Source: Takakia lepidozioides
Lineage: Eukaryota > Plantae > Bryophyta
Assembly (NCBI GenBank): GCA_030704615.1
Contig: CM060732.1
Span: 3,720,001-3,784,000, forward strand
DNA: 64,000 nucleotides
Reading direction: 5' to 3'
Shown here: piece after piece, positions 60,901-64,000 of the stretch
Layout of the letters: the number at the start of each line of letters is the position of its first letter
Numbering within the stretch: position 1 is the stretch's first letter
Made by a program: the position numbers and the translations under genes
Notes under the pieces: model-generated
What the model saw: only the letters and a program-made list of their open reading frames with translations
Told to the model about the DNA's origin: nothing
Database searches by the model: none

Positions 60901-62369
60901 TAAATTAGTTATAAGTAGCAATGATTCGAGTCAAAGTACCAAAATAGCAACACAAGATAATTAAGTTGAGCATCCAATTATGCTATAGTTATCTCAGCTA
61001 ATTTTGCTCAATTAGCTTCAATTAGCAGCGACTCAAGTAAGAATGTTTGTATAGCATGTGGCAATAACTTAGCCTATACAATAAAGCACCAAGATTTCGC
61101 TCAACAATTTTATAGGATATTTTAATATCAACCTTCAATGTAATCATTCATGACAAATCACCATTTCCGTCTTCCATTTCTGGCATCTTACATTCAAAGA
61201 ATCTACGATAATATATAATTTTCAATTAGTTAATATCAATATATCAAGTGAGATAGTTTGTTTGTTTGGTTTTGTAGCGTCGTTGAGATCTCCCAAACCG
61301 TAAGGTCTCCGTCCGTGGTCTTGATACCACTAGAAAACCCTCACCCAGGCGGTTTCATAATTTTTGGATTTGGGCCATGTGGGAGATATTGAATTTCAAG
61401 TACTTTTTGTCACTGAAAAATTCATGAAAAGTAGCAGATTGGGTTTGTCTCGAATATAAAAATGGCAGTAGATTATGTGCTAAAAAATAGAGGCCACATT
61501 ACTATGGATTATTGCAACCACACAACATTATTTGTCTAGAACAGAAGAAGCATATTGGATCGACCACAATTTCCCTAGCATTTAATCTCCCGAATTATTT
61601 TGTCAATCATTTCACAACCAATTCATAACTATGCGAAGGCAGGGCTCGCATGTAACCTTGCATTTGTTAGTTTATCATCCTCATAATTTGGATGAAAGTG
61701 GGTTTTTTCTCCCTCTTGGGTACCTTGTATGGTCGGACACATGAAATTTGGGAGTTGAAAAATCGAAATAGGATTGACTAGTACGGGAGCTCAAATTCTA
61801 CTCAAACCGAAGTTGGAGTTTGGGGTCGATCGGGGAAAGGAAAATGAAATGAAATGAATGCTGCGACAAAGGGGAAGTCCGGGCGGCGGCCCACCGTTAT
61901 ACAGTACTGCAGAGAAATTGTGGCATGAAATCAGGTGTTCCAATGGTCTGCATGCTTCCACATGGGTGTTTCACACTCTCAAAACATAGCAGCCCCACCA
62001 CAACGGCCCCCCCACACACGCTGCTACAGGCATCTTAGACTTTGTGATCTGCCCAGGTTCGTTTCGTGAGCAGGTGTCTGCCTGTACCGTCTCATAGCAA
62101 TCATCCAACACACCTGGACAATTTTCACATTTACTTAGACAAATCAGAATTTACGCTTCCTGGGGAGGCGATCCGCTTTTTTTTTCAGATTAACTGTAGG
62201 TGACAGTCAACAAAAAGTAAATTGTGTCAACAAAAAGATATTTATATATTCATGACCCCAGAGTAAGGTTTTTCATTTAGCCTCACTGACCATACAAATT
62301 ATTGCTATACATTTTTATTGTCTAGTTTTATTATTAGATTATATTAAAATTTGGACCACCATCCATCCA

Positions 62370-62570
62370 CAGGGAGGACAGTGCACCACCGGAGTGAATC
62401 GGGGTTCAAATCTTGCTGACTTGTCAGGCATAAGAGCCGCTTTCTGGTGTAATAATTATTTTCTCCCCTATTCCCTTAGGTGACGTCCAATGAGCCTTTG
62501 CTCATGGCCAGGTTACTTTGAAAGAGGTTATTTTCTCCTCTCACTATGATTAAGGGGCCTGATTTTGATC
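62370..62570 (+). mobile_element. Second copy of the tRNA-derived SINE-like element
   Basis: GGTTCAAATC B-box and a body homologous to 56950-57030. Confidence 0.55.
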
Positions 62571-64000
62571 ATTTTTTTTTTTATTTTTTTTTTTGGGGGG
62601 GGGTAAATGAGGGAGAATGTAGTCAATTTGGGGACCTTCAATTGAGAATTGAATCATATGGACTATGCCCCAACGGTAGACGCAATTGACTCAAGTTTTT
62701 ACTACATTTGTTTGCTGAATTTGGAGAAAATGTTTTGTTACAAGAGGGCTCAATTTTGTCAATGTCCCCAACACAAGTGGGTCCCAAAGGGAATTTCAGT
62801 TTATCAGGGCTGCAATCCCCCTGTTTTAAAAAAAAATTACAAACGACTTTTGCACCCTTCAAAGGGCATGGTAAAAGGATGAAAATCACCCAAATAAACC
62901 GTGAAGCCTGCGAATGTTTGGTAGCCACGCAGAGCGCGTTGAGGCAGAGGGGACAACGCTGACAGTGGAGCCCACGCGTGTGGGCCCTGCATTATATAGT
63001 TTAAAACGTACAAGTTGTGGTGAGTAGGCTCCTAGGTGTGGAGATCAAAAAATCCTCCTGGACTGGATGCAATCCTTCATTCAATGATTATGCGCCAGAA
63101 ACTCTCTCTTCAAGATAGAATGTTTCAAATTTTCTACTATCTTTAGAAAATATAGTAGACTGTACACAGTATACTTAACTGGCTTTCTAAAAAGTTGTTT
63201 TGGCGTCGTCACGGCTGCCTTTTATACTTTCTGGCAAGTTAAGCAGCCCATTACTTAAGCAGCTTTTAACAACAAGATCTTCTTCTTCCCTATCCCTAGG
63301 CTAGGTTCATGCAGTGTGCAACATGTCACATCTGTCACGACTGGAAGATCTTCCTCTTATTACCCATACAGCCTGCCCTGGATAAATGTTACCTCTATAA
63401 TCTTTAAACTACCATAAATATTAAGAAAATTTTACTCCATTGTGCACAATTCTTATTTCTTAACAAATGTTTACTCCCCTCTTCATTGATTTTCCCTTAA
63501 TAAATGGTAAGTGCATGATAAAGGCTGCGAGATATGAACTAGTTTTAGATAAGCTCCATACTTGCTCCAGCTAGGTTAAGAAAGAATCAATCGATATATA
63601 TGAAGGAAGTCAGTTTGTTTGTTTTGTTTTGTCACGTTGAGATGTCCGGAATCCGCGGGCCCCAACCCTGGTGCTTGGTACTACCCTTGGCAAGCCCTCG
63701 ACGAGGAGGGGTGCACCGACTTGGTCTCATAATTTTTGGAATTTCAAGTACTTTGGGTTGCTGGAAATTCATGAAAAATAACAAAGTGGGTTTTCCTGGG
63801 GCAACGATTGGAGCTGGAGATATATCAATAATGATTGGATGTATTACTACTCAGTAAATTCATGGAAAAAAATAAATTGGGCCTTGTCATGGGAGATGTA
63901 TTTGGATACATAGGAGATTGCACTTGGGCTTAGATGACACGGGACATTTGGCCTCTACATAGGAGATGCACTTGGATACATGAATAGAAGATTGCACTGG

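Noticed and set aside
61250-63790. Related segments at ~61255-61420 and ~63610-63770
   Set aside because: Probably a common dispersed repeat; boundaries and class cannot be supported from this window.

Overview
Eukaryotic nuclear DNA from a non-seed land plant, most likely a bryophyte/moss (inferred from GT-AG introns, PLS/DYW PPR relics and the TE families present). The window is mostly nested transposons and pseudogenes. (1) 647-5380: a degenerate spliced host gene on the - strand. (2) 6313-27474: a ~21-kb imperfect palindrome made of two convergent copies of a MULE-like DDE/CxxH/SWIM DNA transposon. Each arm carries a multi-exon cargo gene that reconstructs as a ParB/Sulfiredoxin-like domain (YVWDGNHR) joined to a beta-class (N6A/N4C-type) DNA amino-methyltransferase domain. 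The cargo gene is oriented divergently from the transposase, and arrays of a GGCGCC-centred palindrome lie in and around it. (3) 27476-34458: a decayed Ty3/Gypsy element whose pol contains a C5-cytosine DNA methyltransferase and ends in a PHD finger, with a hAT-type MITE in its integrase. (4) A ~1012-bp tandem repeat, a solo LTR, a third internally deleted transposon copy fused to a second Gypsy gag, and an LTR with a LINE fragment inside. (5) 46-54 kb: shuffled PPR-DYW and Sen1-like helicase pseudogene fragments. (6) MITEs, SINE-like elements and AT-rich intergenic DNA. The most notable item is the ParB-methyltransferase-carrying transposon, next to a second, unrelated methyltransferase-carrying retrotransposon. 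All domain calls come from motif recognition by eye; no searches were run.
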